A model generated the notes under the pieces. It had not been told where the DNA came from and made no database searches. It saw nothing but the letters and a program-made list of their open reading frames with translations. A stretch of 64,000 nt of DNA, from positions 1 to 64,000 of the IMG/VR virus record IMGVR_UViG_3300036803_000072; one strand, 5' to 3'. Both the position numbers and the translations under genes were made by a program. Origin of the DNA: a virus (Duplodnaviria > Caudoviricetes). Numbering within the stretch: position 1 is the first letter of the stretch; each line of letters begins with the position of its first letter. Positions 1 through 9,481 of the stretch are shown here, in pieces.

Positions 1-1061
1 TGCCCGGCGCTTTTGGCCTGCTCCCATGCCCGGTTCATGAATGCCGTGGCCCGGCCAGAGTCGGTCATCTTATTCGACCAGGCCTGGAATTTAGTCGTCA
101 GTCGGTCGGCGCCATCGGCCATGGACCGGAACATCGGCAACGCGGAGAAGGCGAGATTGATAAAGACATTGAACACTCGCCCGAGAATGTTGCCCAGCAT
201 CGCGACAATGGGGTTGATGACTCGGAAGATGGTCCCTATCTGCCCCACCGTGCGCGCATTGGTGATCATTGCGCCGAAGTTCTTCGCGGCCGTAGCAAAC
301 GATCCGGCCATGCCGACCAGACCCGTCTTCAGGGTCGGCATTAACCGGTCGTGTATCTCCCTGTTGAATGCCTGGAGGCCGGGCACCATGGCCTGAGTGA
401 TCTCATAGCGCATCGCGCGAATGTCATTGGTCAACGGGCGCAGGATCGCCCCGACGTCCATGCCGGAGATCTTGAAAATGGCCATCATGCCGGCGCCTAG
501 GAACAGCGCCGGACCTAGCGCGCCCAGCACCCCTACCATCGGCGCCAGCCGGGCCACCGCCATCACGCCGCCAGCGGCCAGCGACGTGAGCATGCCCACG
601 ATCGCCTGACCGCCAGCGAGGATCGTGCCCCACTTAAACAGCATGGTTATCGGCTTGATGCCGCCGAGAGTTTTGCTCAGCTTGCCCAGCTTGCCGGCCA
701 GCTTGTCAATCGAGGTGTCGTCGGCACCCTTCTTACTGGCCTTCGTGGCGCTGTTAGTCGCGGCGGCCAGCGCGGTGAAACCGACGGCCCCGGCAGCGGC
801 TTTCGCGCCCGCACCGCTGGCGGCGCTACCGGCGGCATGCGCCACGGGGATGAACTGCCCCAGGGCGTTACGGGCGCGCTGAGTGCCCGACTTCCCCTGA
901 TCCATGCCAGTCTTGAGTTCTTCACCCGCCTTGAGCCCGGCGCGTCCCATTTCGTCGAGCTCGCGCTGCGTCTCTTTCAGGTGCGCGTCAGTGCTCTCCA
1001 GGGCACGGGCGAGCGACTCGTCGGACGCGGTGATCTTTAGATGTGCCTCATCCTCGGCCAC
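1..1061 (-). CDS. Tape measure protein, N-terminal part (runs off the window)
   Basis: Absent from the ORF track. GTG at 1061 follows GGAGGTGG. Reads MAEDEAHLKITASDESL...RARNALGQF, then Ala/Gly-rich amphipathic helices with no stop before the window edge. Lies directly downstream of the tail chaperone and tube genes. Confidence 0.75.
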   Translation of the reverse strand, partial: MAEDEAHLKITASDESLARALESTDAHLKETQRELDEMGRAGLKAGEELKTGMDQGKSGTQRARNALGQFIPVAHAAGSAASGAGAKAAAGAVGFTALAAATNSATKASKKGADDTSIDKLAGKLGKLSKTLGGIKPITMLFKWGTILAGGQAIVGMLTSLAAGGVMAVARLAPMVGVLGALGPALFLGAGMMAIFKISGMDVGAILRPLTNDIRAMRYEITQAMVPGLQAFNREIHDRLMPTLKTGLVGMAGSFATAAKNFGAMITNARTVGQIGTIFRVINPIVAMLGNILGRVFNVFINLAFSALPMFRSMADGADRLTTKFQAWSNKMTDSGRATAFMNRAWEQAKSAG

Positions 1062-1134
1062 CGCACCACCTCCTCGCCCATCGAGCCAGGGGTGATCGTG
1101 TCAGCGGGAGCGGGCGTAAACGGGCACGACACGC

Positions 1135-1382
1135 TCACCGACCGTCGGTATCGGACTGAGCCCGCTTCGCCGCCGCTTCCTCGCAGCGCACCACGTAGCG
1201 GGCCGCCGCGACCCGCACCAGCATCGGCCACTCGTCGCCGTCGTCAGCGAGCAAACTGACCGGGTCGACCCGGAAAATCCGGGCCACCGCCGCTGCCTCT
1301 TGGACCGCGCCCAAACCGGACAACCATTCGATGGTCGCCTCGCGGCGCGCGAACCGAGGGTGGACGCCGCCTACGTAGGGTC
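1135..1382 (-). CDS. Tail assembly chaperone extension, probably reached by -1 frameshift
   Basis: Open frame (YVGGVHPRFARREATIEWL...) overlaps the chaperone stop in the -1 frame, has no plausible start of its own, and sits between chaperone and tape measure. Confidence 0.5.
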
Positions 1383-1949
1383 CTCGTCGTCCTGCGGGTC
1401 GCCCGGCCTGCGGTCTCCGAACCCGCACGCGTTGATGAGCTCCTCGCCCGCACGGAGCACGTAGGCGTCCTGACGGCCGAACACGCGATGCACTGCCACC
1501 GCCACCTCGGTGGCGCCCAGTGCGGCCAGCAACTCGGGGTCATCGAACGTGCCCGTCATCGGCAGGTAGTCGCCGTCACCCTGGAGCACGCCGATCTCTT
1601 TGGTCTGCTCGCCGATGAGCAGGGCGTACATCACGACCTCGTCGATCTTGCGCGGGTCCGGGCGCATCTTCTTACGCTGCGCAGGTGGCAGCGCGGCGAT
1701 CTGGATGCGCTTCCAGTCGGATTGCTCCAGCTCCGTCGAGCACGTCAGGCGCAGGTGCTTACCAGGGCCGTAGAGGTAGTGGTCGGTGAACTCGGCCTCG
1801 GCCACCTCCTCGGACGCCTGCGCGGCGGCGCGCAAGTCGTCGAGAGTGGAGCTCACCTTGCCGTTAGCTACCGCTGTACCCGGCGTGTAGGGGTCGTCCA
1901 CGGCGCCCTGGGCGCCCAGCGGGTCATATCGGGTCGTGCCAGTACTCAT
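1371..1949 (-). CDS. Tail assembly chaperone
   Basis: ATG at 1949 with AGGAG RBS. Acidic protein ending DPT*. Positioned between tube and tape measure. Confidence 0.65.
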   Translation of the reverse strand: MSTGTTRYDPLGAQGAVDDPYTPGTAVANGKVSSTLDDLRAAAQASEEVAEAEFTDHYLYGPGKHLRLTCSTELEQSDWKRIQIAALPPAQRKKMRPDPRKIDEVVMYALLIGEQTKEIGVLQGDGDYLPMTGTFDDPELLAALGATEVAVAVHRVFGRQDAYVLRAGEELINACGFGDRRPGDPQDDEDPT

Positions 1950-2050
1950 GTTGGTCTCCTCACGGTTTACGGGCGATCCGGCGCCGACCTCGGCCCGTGA
2001 GGAGACGCCCACTCCGAGATCGGCCCGCATCGCCCGTTAAAGGCGATCGA

Positions 2051-2464
2051 TCAGGTCACGTCACCTACCGAGAACGTGAGCTCATAGGTGGCCGGATCGC
2101 CGCTGTTGGCGTCCACTTCCGGCAGCTTCACGGCCTTCAGCAGTGCGTTGGTGAACACGTCGGGCTTACCGCCGGGGGCGCGGGTCATGTCGCCGAGCAG
2201 CGGCACCTTGGTCACGACCGTGCGCAGAATCCCGACCTGCGCCTTCGCCGTGGTCAACAGCGAGCCGTCAGTGTCGGGATCGTAGGCGTTGGTCAGCACG
2301 ATGTCGCTGACTTCCGGCGGCGCGGCCAGCACATCGGGCACCGTGGCTCCGCCGTCGCGCCACTTCGTGGTGTTCGATGACTTTTCCCCGCCCGTCATCT
2401 TCGTGAACGTGCGGTTACCGAAAGCGGCGCAGGTGACCAGGAACTGGTAGCCGGCGGACTTCAT
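2051..2464 (-). CDS. Tail tube protein (contractile tail)
   Basis: 137 aa with FTKMTGGE...RDGG...IVLTNAYD pattern of gp19-like tubes; directly follows the sheath gene. Confidence 0.75.
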   Translation of the reverse strand: MKSAGYQFLVTCAAFGNRTFTKMTGGEKSSNTTKWRDGGATVPDVLAAPPEVSDIVLTNAYDPDTDGSLLTTAKAQVGILRTVVTKVPLLGDMTRAPGGKPDVFTNALLKAVKLPEVDANSGDPATYELTFSVGDVT

Positions 2465-2473
2465 AGGAGCCTC

Positions 2474-3937
2474 CTAGAACTGCCTGGTGACGCCGACCTT
2501 GGTGACGGTGAGCTCCAGCAGCACGGCCGTCGGGGAAACTCGCACAGCGACAGTGGCACGCACCCGGTTACCGGAGGCCACGTCGCGGGACGGATCGGTG
2601 GTGACCCGGTATCCGGGGTCCACCAGTACCGGCTGGCCACCAGAGTCAATGTCGATCCACGGGTACAGGCCACCCAGCGCCGCCATGGGCTGCACGATGT
2701 TGAGCAGCACGCCCTCGACTCGGGCTAGCAGGTGCCCGCGCGCGTCGATCGTGTCGAACGTCAACGGGTCGATGTTCTCTTGAGCGGCGACCACGATCCG
2801 ATTGATCACGTCGATACCCGTGAGCAGCCTCCAGTTGGGGAGGTCCTCGGACAGCGACCGCCACCCGTAGAGCCGGACCCCGCCGGTGACCGGGAGGATC
2901 GGGTTGACCTTCGCGTCCTCCAACGCGCCGCTGGTGACCAGGTCGAAGATCTGATCGGGGGCGACCACGCTGACCGACTTCGAGCGGTTACCGGCCGGTG
3001 CCTGCCACGGTCCCACGTTGCGGTGCGCCCGGGAGCGCGCCGCTGCCACGTACCCGTCGGGGGGGATGGTGTTCAGGCCACCGAAGGCGTCTCGGATCTG
3101 AACCCACGGCGCGAACAGTCCCGCGTACTCCGAGGCGTACGACGCGGCCAGGGTGGACAGCTGTGTGGTGCCGGCGCCGCGCGCCGAAACCAGGATGGCC
3201 ATGCGGTTGTGGGTGCGGGCGTGCGCGATCAGACCCGCATGGGTAGTGTCCCCGCCACCGGGGATCGCCACACAACCATCCCCGAACTGGGTACCGAAGC
3301 GATCCAGCGCGGCGACCAGCGCAGTGGAGTTGACCGAGGACCGGTCATCGGCACCGGCGGCCAACGCAACAGGGCTCCCGGTAACGGCCGGGTTGTTGTT
3401 GGGGGCGACGGTGACACTGGCCAGGTCGGTGGGCACCACCCATGCCGACCCGGACATCTTCGCAATGGCGTCCTGGGGGCTGACCAGGTTCGCGTACCGC
3501 TCCATCTCGATACCGAGGTAGGCGACCGAGACGGTGAACGTGTTGGGCACGGTGCCGGCGAGGATGGCGATCGTCACGTCCGAGGACCACGAGCCGGGGC
3601 CCTTCGCTGCGAAAGACAGCGTGGGCAACGGTGTGCCCGCGCGGTCGTTCAGGGGCGTGGCCAGGGCGCCGGAAGTGGCGGCCGGACCGACCACGCGGGC
3701 GATGTAGGCCTCGGCGCCGCCCTCGGCGAAGAACGTCGCGATGTCGTCATAGAGGTTGCCGTAGCTCGGTCGCGTCCCGTAGGTGGCCTCGAACTCCGCC
3801 ACACTGGTCACTCGGGTTACGGCAGTGGATGAACCGCGCGCGGCCAGGCCCACCACGAAATAGGACGCGGACGGCACAGGGAGGGGAAACAGCGATCCGG
3901 CTGCGGCGGTCCGAGTAACCGTGACGCCTACCGTCAT
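2474..3937 (-). CDS. Tail sheath protein
   Basis: Sheath motifs VTSVAEFEATYG, FFAEGG, PPDGYVAA, GPWQAPAG, KVNPI, VRLYGWRSL. Confidence 0.92.
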   Translation of the reverse strand: MTVGVTVTRTAAAGSLFPLPVPSASYFVVGLAARGSSTAVTRVTSVAEFEATYGTRPSYGNLYDDIATFFAEGGAEAYIARVVGPAATSGALATPLNDRAGTPLPTLSFAAKGPGSWSSDVTIAILAGTVPNTFTVSVAYLGIEMERYANLVSPQDAIAKMSGSAWVVPTDLASVTVAPNNNPAVTGSPVALAAGADDRSSVNSTALVAALDRFGTQFGDGCVAIPGGGDTTHAGLIAHARTHNRMAILVSARGAGTTQLSTLAASYASEYAGLFAPWVQIRDAFGGLNTIPPDGYVAAARSRAHRNVGPWQAPAGNRSKSVSVVAPDQIFDLVTSGALEDAKVNPILPVTGGVRLYGWRSLSEDLPNWRLLTGIDVINRIVVAAQENIDPLTFDTIDARGHLLARVEGVLLNIVQPMAALGGLYPWIDIDSGGQPVLVDPGYRVTTDPSRDVASGNRVRATVAVRVSPTAVLLELTVTKVGVTRQF

Positions 3938-3987
3938 TGCAACCTCCCGCGCGTCGACACGGGGCGGATCATCGCAGAGCGGGCGAG

Positions 3988-4194
3988 CTACTCCGGCCGC
4001 GACGCGCCGTCAGCCTCCGGCTCGCTGGACAGCTCCGCCAGGATGAGGTGGCCGTTGTCGACGGCGGCTTGCCCGACCTCATCGAGCTGGGCGGCTTCCA
4101 CGCGTTCCCCACCGCCGAGACTGTGCCCCTCGACGTCATAGACGACACCGGAGCGGTAGGGATTGACGAGAATCTGGACGGGTGTCTTAGGCAT
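3988..4194 (-). CDS. Small hypothetical tail/neck-module protein
   Basis: ATG overlaps the upstream stop; fills the gap before the sheath gene. Confidence 0.5.
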   Translation of the reverse strand: MPKTPVQILVNPYRSGVVYDVEGHSLGGGERVEAAQLDEVGQAAVDNGHLILAELSSEPEADGASRPE

Positions 4195-4843
4195 GGCTAG
4201 TCTCCACGGGTGGGTAGGGGAGCAGGGTGACGAACAGGTCAACCCCATTGAAAACGCCCCAGTCTTCACGAGTGGTGACGGCATCGGGATTGTATTCATG
4301 ATCAATCTCATAGGACAACAGTGCCGGTGCCCACACACGGGGGGAGCCACCGGCGCGTTTGATCCGGTAAGGCTCTCCATACTCCTCGGAGATCGTAGAA
4401 GTGTTGAGCAGGAACCCCGTGTTGCCCACTGCCGGTGGCACGGCCAGGGTGGGGTAGTCGAACAGGGAGTCTCGCACTGCGCCGGCTAACCGGTCACGAT
4501 CATCGAGTGCTTGTGTCCACTGGTCGGCGACAGCCCACACGTAGATACGCGCCGAGTATCGGTAGCGGTTGATGGCACTGCCACTGGGAGTGATGTCCAT
4601 GGTGCGGGTACGGGGCAGCAATCGCGGGGTGATGACCTCGATCCAGGTTTTCCCGCGCGCATCGAGCGCATTATCAGCCGTCTCCCCGGAAGTGATCATG
4701 TCGGCACCGGGGACGCTGCCCACATCGAGACCCCACAGGCTTGTCACGCGGGCAATCCGGGCCGGCAGGTCAGCTGTCAGCAGTGCGGCCACTCTGTCCC
4801 GGACAACCTTGACCCCGTGCTCGGGCTGGCTCGGCGAGCTCAT
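4187..4843 (-). CDS. Putative tail terminator / neck protein
   Basis: 218 aa; assignment from synteny between the virion morphogenesis gene and the sheath. Confidence 0.5.
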   Translation of the reverse strand: MSSPSQPEHGVKVVRDRVAALLTADLPARIARVTSLWGLDVGSVPGADMITSGETADNALDARGKTWIEVITPRLLPRTRTMDITPSGSAINRYRYSARIYVWAVADQWTQALDDRDRLAGAVRDSLFDYPTLAVPPAVGNTGFLLNTSTISEEYGEPYRIKRAGGSPRVWAPALLSYEIDHEYNPDAVTTREDWGVFNGVDLFVTLLPYPPVETSHA

Positions 4844-5187
4844 GCGGGCGCTTCCATCGGCGGCGGCTGGGCTCCGGCGACCTTATTGGCCAGCCACCGA
4901 GCGACCGCAGGTGACACCATCACCGCGATGAAGTCGTCCACGTGCTCCACGCACGGCTCGGCATAGACCAGTCGGCCCACCGAGATCCACGGCGCGTCCG
5001 CCGGAACGAGCCCGGTGTTGATCGCGGTCACGGCGTAGGCCGCCAACGACTGGTTGTTGAAAACTCCCAGGTAAGGATCGGTGGTGGTGGGTAGGTCACC
5101 GAACTGGGCGTAGAGGGTGGTGCCGAGGTTCGTCCCGGTGCGGGCATACCTCATGCTGTCAATGGTGAGGCTGACCGGCTCTGACAT
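4840..5187 (-). CDS. Hypothetical protein
   Basis: Coupled ORF inside the neck operon. Confidence 0.5.
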   Translation of the reverse strand: MSEPVSLTIDSMRYARTGTNLGTTLYAQFGDLPTTTDPYLGVFNNQSLAAYAVTAINTGLVPADAPWISVGRLVYAEPCVEHVDDFIAVMVSPAVARWLANKVAGAQPPPMEAPA

Positions 5188-5190
5188 GGT

Positions 5191-5685
5191 CTAACGCTCC
5201 AGCTTGATGATCCCGCCGCCATGGGGCACCCCATTCACGATCCAGCTCAACACGTACGCTCCGGCCGCTCCCTCGGCCGCCACCTGCCTCGCGTTCACCA
5301 ATGCTCGACGTGGCAGGTGCGCGCGCGGGGCTCCCCCTTGATGGAACTTCGCGTACGGCAGGTCCGTGCCGGCGTCGAGGGAATTATGGGTCACGTGCTC
5401 GACACCCAACGGACGGCGGGTCAACTCCCCGCGCAGTCTCGTGGTGCGCACCAGAGGATCGCTGAGCAGGCCGCTGCGGCGCTTCTCAATCCTGGTCGAC
5501 GCGGCCAGTCCGGGCCACGGGGTGCGCCACCGGCGTCCCTTGGAGCTGAACTGTTCAGCGTTGGTGAGAGCCCACCACACGAGCAGTTCCTGCCACGCAG
5601 GGGACAGGTCGGCGGCGCGCTCCCGCATCTGGTGCAGCTCGGCGCGCATCTCGGTCAGGCCACTCACATCGACGTCAATTCTCAT
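5191..5685 (-). CDS. Phage virion morphogenesis (Mu gpG-like) protein
   Basis: WPGLAASTRIEKRR, LVRTTRLR, AGTDLPYAKFHQGG and LPRRALV match the family pattern. Confidence 0.75.
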   Translation of the reverse strand: MRIDVDVSGLTEMRAELHQMRERAADLSPAWQELLVWWALTNAEQFSSKGRRWRTPWPGLAASTRIEKRRSGLLSDPLVRTTRLRGELTRRPLGVEHVTHNSLDAGTDLPYAKFHQGGAPRAHLPRRALVNARQVAAEGAAGAYVLSWIVNGVPHGGGIIKLER

Positions 5686-6278
5686 CAGCGCGCGAACACC
5701 CCCCGTGGCCGCTTGCGGGAACGCAGCATGAGTAGTTCGGCCTCAGTCCATTCTTCCTTCAGCGGGGGTGGCCCCTGGGCGTCGAGGTTGCGCGCCACCA
5801 CCGTGTCGTCGTGACGGTTGAGCATCGTGGCGCCGACTTTTTCGATGACCGCCCCGATGATGTCGGCTTTCGGTCCCCATCCGGCCAGGTGTTTCACCGA
5901 GACACGCCGCTGCCCTGCCCGGGAGTCGCCGAACGCGATGGAGAACGGCCGCGTGCTGTACCCGGCGTAACCGGGGTCCACGCAATACAGCCACGCCTCG
6001 TCACGCAGCTCGTAGGTCACCGGCAGGACGCCGCCGACCAGGTCGACACCGTCGATGGCGAGCACCTGATAGATCGGCATGGGGGTGGCGACCAGGCCCG
6101 AAGGCTGCAAGATCGGCACCGTGTCTACCCGCAGGGTCGGCTCCAGGGGCACGCCGAACCATCGGGCCAGCTCCTCTTCCCGTTTGCCGATCAGTGTCGC
6201 GCACGCCGCGCGCTGATCAGGCGACCACGGTGGGCTCGACAGATGATTGTTGACTTCGTCAACGGTGGTCAGCGGCAT
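5685..6278 (-). CDS. Head-tail adaptor/connector protein
   Basis: LTTVDEVNNHL N-terminus, VSVKHLAGW motif and synteny. Confidence 0.6.
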   Translation of the reverse strand: MPLTTVDEVNNHLSSPPWSPDQRAACATLIGKREEELARWFGVPLEPTLRVDTVPILQPSGLVATPMPIYQVLAIDGVDLVGGVLPVTYELRDEAWLYCVDPGYAGYSTRPFSIAFGDSRAGQRRVSVKHLAGWGPKADIIGAVIEKVGATMLNRHDDTVVARNLDAQGPPPLKEEWTEAELLMLRSRKRPRGVFAR

Positions 6279-6700
6279 CAGAGGTGGGCGACGACGATTC
6301 CGCCGCCGGGCTCGTTGACCGGCGTGGCGTCCTGCGGGGTCGCCGGGGCGTCATCGCCGCCGTAGGCCTTGTAGTGGGCGATGTTGACCAGCTGTCCGGC
6401 GTTCCACAGCAGCACAGTGGACGGCTGGCGCGCGCCGCGCGGGTACCAGGAGTGATAGGCGGCCTTCACGGTGCGCACGTAGTCTTCGCTGGTGGTGTGC
6501 CCAGCGACGAACGAGCCGGTCAGCGTGGCGGGCGCGTGGTTGCCGCCGCCGACGATGCCGGCCGCGCTGGGGGTCTGCGCTTCGGGCATCGGGACGACGC
6601 TGCCGTGTTTGGCGCTGCCGCCGTTCGCACGCCGTGCCTTGACCGCACTGGCAGCGTCGCCACTGCCCCCGGTGATGTCGGTATCAGTGTCTGCTGCCAT
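6278..6700 (-). CDS. Hypothetical virion protein
   Basis: Stop overlaps the adaptor ATG. Contains ED...LLWNAGQLV, similar to ED...KLFAAGQVV in 13957-14433. Confidence 0.55.
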   Translation of the reverse strand: MAADTDTDITGGSGDAASAVKARRANGGSAKHGSVVPMPEAQTPSAAGIVGGGNHAPATLTGSFVAGHTTSEDYVRTVKAAYHSWYPRGARQPSTVLLWNAGQLVNIAHYKAYGGDDAPATPQDATPVNEPGGGIVVAHL

Positions 6701-7716
6701 GCCGCCAACGGTAGAGCAGCGGCCACGCCGCCAGCGCCGCGCCACGCGGCGAGGTGCTCGACCAGCGACAGTCCACCGGGGGCGGCGAGGACACATCCGG
6801 TGAAGCACACGGGGTAGACGACGGCGAGCTCGAACCATCGCCCGGTCTTAAACGCTGGCTTGTAGACGCGCCCGGCGAAGTACGGCACCCAGTCGGGCGC
6901 GGTGATCGAGGGGATCTTCGTCTCCTGCCAGCGTTTGCCGGTGGCGGAGTCGATAAACGGGAACTTCCAGCAGATCCCGGACTCGGTCACGGAGTCGCCG
7001 AGCATGTGGGTAAGGATGCCGATGGCGACGAGCACACCCAGGACAGCGGCCCAGTCGGTGCGCAGCTCCGGTGTGTTCTTAGTGACCAGCCATGAGGCGC
7101 CGCTGCACACGACCAGCGATCCGGTGCGAACCCACTTGCCGGTGAAGCCACAGAACCGGGCGCCTTTGCGGACCAGCCAGTTGAAAACTCGGCCGGGTTG
7201 GGGGATCAGGCGGTTGAACACGTAGGCGCGGTGGGTGAGGAAGCGTCCGGCGATGTTGCCTTTGGGTTTGCCGTGCGGTGCGGTGGGAATGGCCAGGCCG
7301 CGCATTGCCCAGTGGGCGGAGATGGCGAGCACGGTCGTGGTGGCAGCGCGGGGCCAGGTCAGACACAGGACGGTGACCAGGCTGCCCATGACGACGGCGG
7401 CTGGCCAGGTGTGCGTAGGGCCTCGGTGGACGCGGGGCTTGTCGGCGGGGTCGGCTTCGGTGCGGGTGGCGTGGTAGATCAGGACGCACAGCCCGACGAT
7501 CGCCGGGTGCAGGATCCGTTGGGAGATCCAGCCTAGGGACGTGCTCACGGTGGATTTGGCGGTGTCGCAGTCGCACCACAGGGCCCAGCCGGCAACGATG
7601 ACGGCGGCGACGTGCGGGAACCACCAGGACCACTCGTGCCCGGTTACTGCCGAGTAGGTTAGGCAGGCGGTGTAGCCGACGTAGGCGCCCGAGAATGAGT
7701 GGCCTGAGCTCATCAT
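6520..7716 (-). CDS. Membrane-bound metal-dependent hydrolase (YdjM-like)
   Basis: GHSFSG, HRGPTHTW and THMLGD motifs with several TM segments; ATG 7716 has an RBS and the conserved promoter motif upstream. Confidence 0.7.
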   Translation of the reverse strand: MMSSGHSFSGAYVGYTACLTYSAVTGHEWSWWFPHVAAVIVAGWALWCDCDTAKSTVSTSLGWISQRILHPAIVGLCVLIYHATRTEADPADKPRVHRGPTHTWPAAVVMGSLVTVLCLTWPRAATTTVLAISAHWAMRGLAIPTAPHGKPKGNIAGRFLTHRAYVFNRLIPQPGRVFNWLVRKGARFCGFTGKWVRTGSLVVCSGASWLVTKNTPELRTDWAAVLGVLVAIGILTHMLGDSVTESGICWKFPFIDSATGKRWQETKIPSITAPDWVPYFAGRVYKPAFKTGRWFELAVVYPVCFTGCVLAAPGGLSLVEHLAAWRGAGGVAAALPLAAWQQTLIPTSPGAVATLPVRSRHGVRTAAAPNTAASSRCPKRRPPARPASSAAATTRPPR

Positions 7717-7738
7717 GCGCGTGCCCCTCTCGACGGCT

Positions 7739-7763
7739 GACCGGAACACGGGTCAGAGTATCA
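7739..7763 (-). promoter_or_regulatory. Conserved phage motif, extended -10 + TGTTCCGGTC
   Basis: TGA TACTCT gacccg TGTTCCGGTC upstream of the YdjM-like gene. Confidence 0.7.
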
Positions 7764-8072
7764 GGAGGTTGCGCGGTCGCCTACCATCGAATAGATGGCG
7801 GCAGGAGAGACGGCCTGGACGTTAGGTCCATCACCCAACGAACCCCCCGTGTTGCAGGCGCCATCGGTGCCCGATGACGACGAGGTCACGATCGCGGATC
7901 TCACAGCAGCCATCCCACTGCGCCTGTGGCCGCTATATCGAAGGGCCAAACATCGTGACAAACGACCTCTACCGCCTGCTCGCACGCGGCGCCTCACCTG
8001 AGATCCTGGTCGACCTCGACACCGCGATGTGCTGGATGCACGACCACTACGGGCTGTCGGCTGGACCGATCC

Positions 8073-8702
8073 TCAGCTCAGAACAATCGTCACATCCACC
8101 AGCGGCACCGCATCGGGCACAGGCGGACAGGGCGCAGGCGTAGCGGCCGGCGCGGGGGCGGTGGTGACTCCTCCCGCCCCCGCTGGTGGTGGAGGGACCA
8201 GCGCGGGAACCACCGACGGGGGCGGTGATGGGACCGGGCGCGGCGCGGGTCGCACTGGGTTGCGATGGATCGGCGCGGCCGGCGGACTCACCCTACGCGG
8301 CGGCGCGGGTATCGGCGCAGGGGTGAACGGGTAACAAACCAGGCCGTCCCGAACCTGCCCAGGTGGACACGGGGGTTGACAGGCCGCGTCGAGCTCGTGC
8401 CCGGGCGGGCATGGCGGCAGATTCGGCAGCGCGCGCGGCGGCGCGGCAGGGGGTGGTGGCGCTACTGGCGGCGGGGCCGGGGGCAGCACCTGGATCCCGG
8501 GGACCACGCATAGCAGGCCGGACAGCACCCGACCGGGCGGGCACGGTGGCGGCGGGGTGACGCACACCAGGCGGGGCGACAAAACCTGCCCCAGGGGGCA
8601 CGCCGGGTCGGCGGACACCGGCGCAGTGAGCACCGTCGTCCCGGCCGCCGGAATCAGCGCCCCGACGAACAGGGCAGCTAGGAGGGTTCGCTGATCACGC
8701 AT
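8073..8702 (-). CDS. Secreted Pro-rich protein with four CP(P/L)G cysteine repeats
   Basis: Signal peptide (AALFVGALIPAAG); repeats CPLGQVL, CPPGRVL, CPPGHEL, CPPGQVR. Confidence 0.65.
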   Translation of the reverse strand: MRDQRTLLAALFVGALIPAAGTTVLTAPVSADPACPLGQVLSPRLVCVTPPPPCPPGRVLSGLLCVVPGIQVLPPAPPPVAPPPPAAPPRALPNLPPCPPGHELDAACQPPCPPGQVRDGLVCYPFTPAPIPAPPRRVSPPAAPIHRNPVRPAPRPVPSPPPSVVPALVPPPPAGAGGVTTAPAPAATPAPCPPVPDAVPLVDVTIVLS

Positions 8703-8860
8703 CGGGCCTTCCCTCTGAAGTCGGCTGCTACGGCATCGGGGTCTTCATCCCAGATCCTTCCCGGACCGAACGGCATGATGCGTATCACGTCGTCGGGCGG
8801 TCGAGGATCCACCACGACCGAGAAGCGGTGTCCCCACAACTCGATGTCCATGCCCTGACC

Positions 8861-9481
8861 TTAGGCCGGCGGGTTGGGGACGAGAGCCATGAAAACGATG
8901 ATGTTGTCGTTGTAGCCGGTCTGGCCACCGACGAACTTGCCGGTGCACGAGATCAGGCGCAGCTCCGGCCCGACGGTGTCGCCGTAGACCACGCTGGCCG
9001 GGAACTGGGTTTTGGCGGTCTCCAGTACCCGGTAGGCGCTGAAGGTGAGGATCTTTCCGTTGGCCTCGGTGACGGTGGCAGTATCACCCACGGCCATCTT
9101 CGGCAGGTCGTAGAAGATCCCCTTTTGCTTCGCCCCGTCGATGTGCCCCACCACCACGGCCGGGCCGGGTTGACCAGGCACGACCCCGTTGGAGCACACC
9201 TTGCCGGGGTCGATGTCGACGACGCAGAAGTAGCTGGCCTGCTTCGGGTGCTTGACGTCAGGCACCTTCAGCGACCCGTCGGGCTCCAGGCCCAACGGGA
9301 TCAGGGTGGAATGCGCGTTGATCTTCGGGATGTCGATGCTGGCCGGCGGCACTCGGGGCGCCGGGGGCGGTGTCGGCGTGGTCGACGGACTGACGGTGAC
9401 ATGGGAGACGCCCCCGCCGGAAGGGGCACCACATCCGGCGAGGGCGAGACCCATGAACAGCAAGACGAGAATCCGCCTCAC
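8861..9481 (-). CDS. Class F sortase (lipoprotein)
   Basis: Lipobox LALAGC; GHID, LRLISC and GYNDNIIVF motifs (His, Cys and the Asn typical of class F). Confidence 0.88.
   Translation of the reverse strand: MRRILVLLFMGLALAGCGAPSGGGVSHVTVSPSTTPTPPPAPRVPPASIDIPKINAHSTLIPLGLEPDGSLKVPDVKHPKQASYFCVVDIDPGKVCSNGVVPGQPGPAVVVGHIDGAKQKGIFYDLPKMAVGDTATVTEANGKILTFSAYRVLETAKTQFPASVVYGDTVGPELRLISCTGKFVGGQTGYNDNIIVFMALVPNPPA

Noticed and set aside
1-6278. Tailocin / extracellular contractile injection system
   Set aside because: Capsid, portal, protease and MuF genes are present, so this is a phage tail.
7795-8143. Small plus-strand ORFs between YdjM-like and the Pro-rich gene
   Set aside because: Overlapping candidates with no clear RBS or motif; a real gene cannot be chosen from sequence alone.
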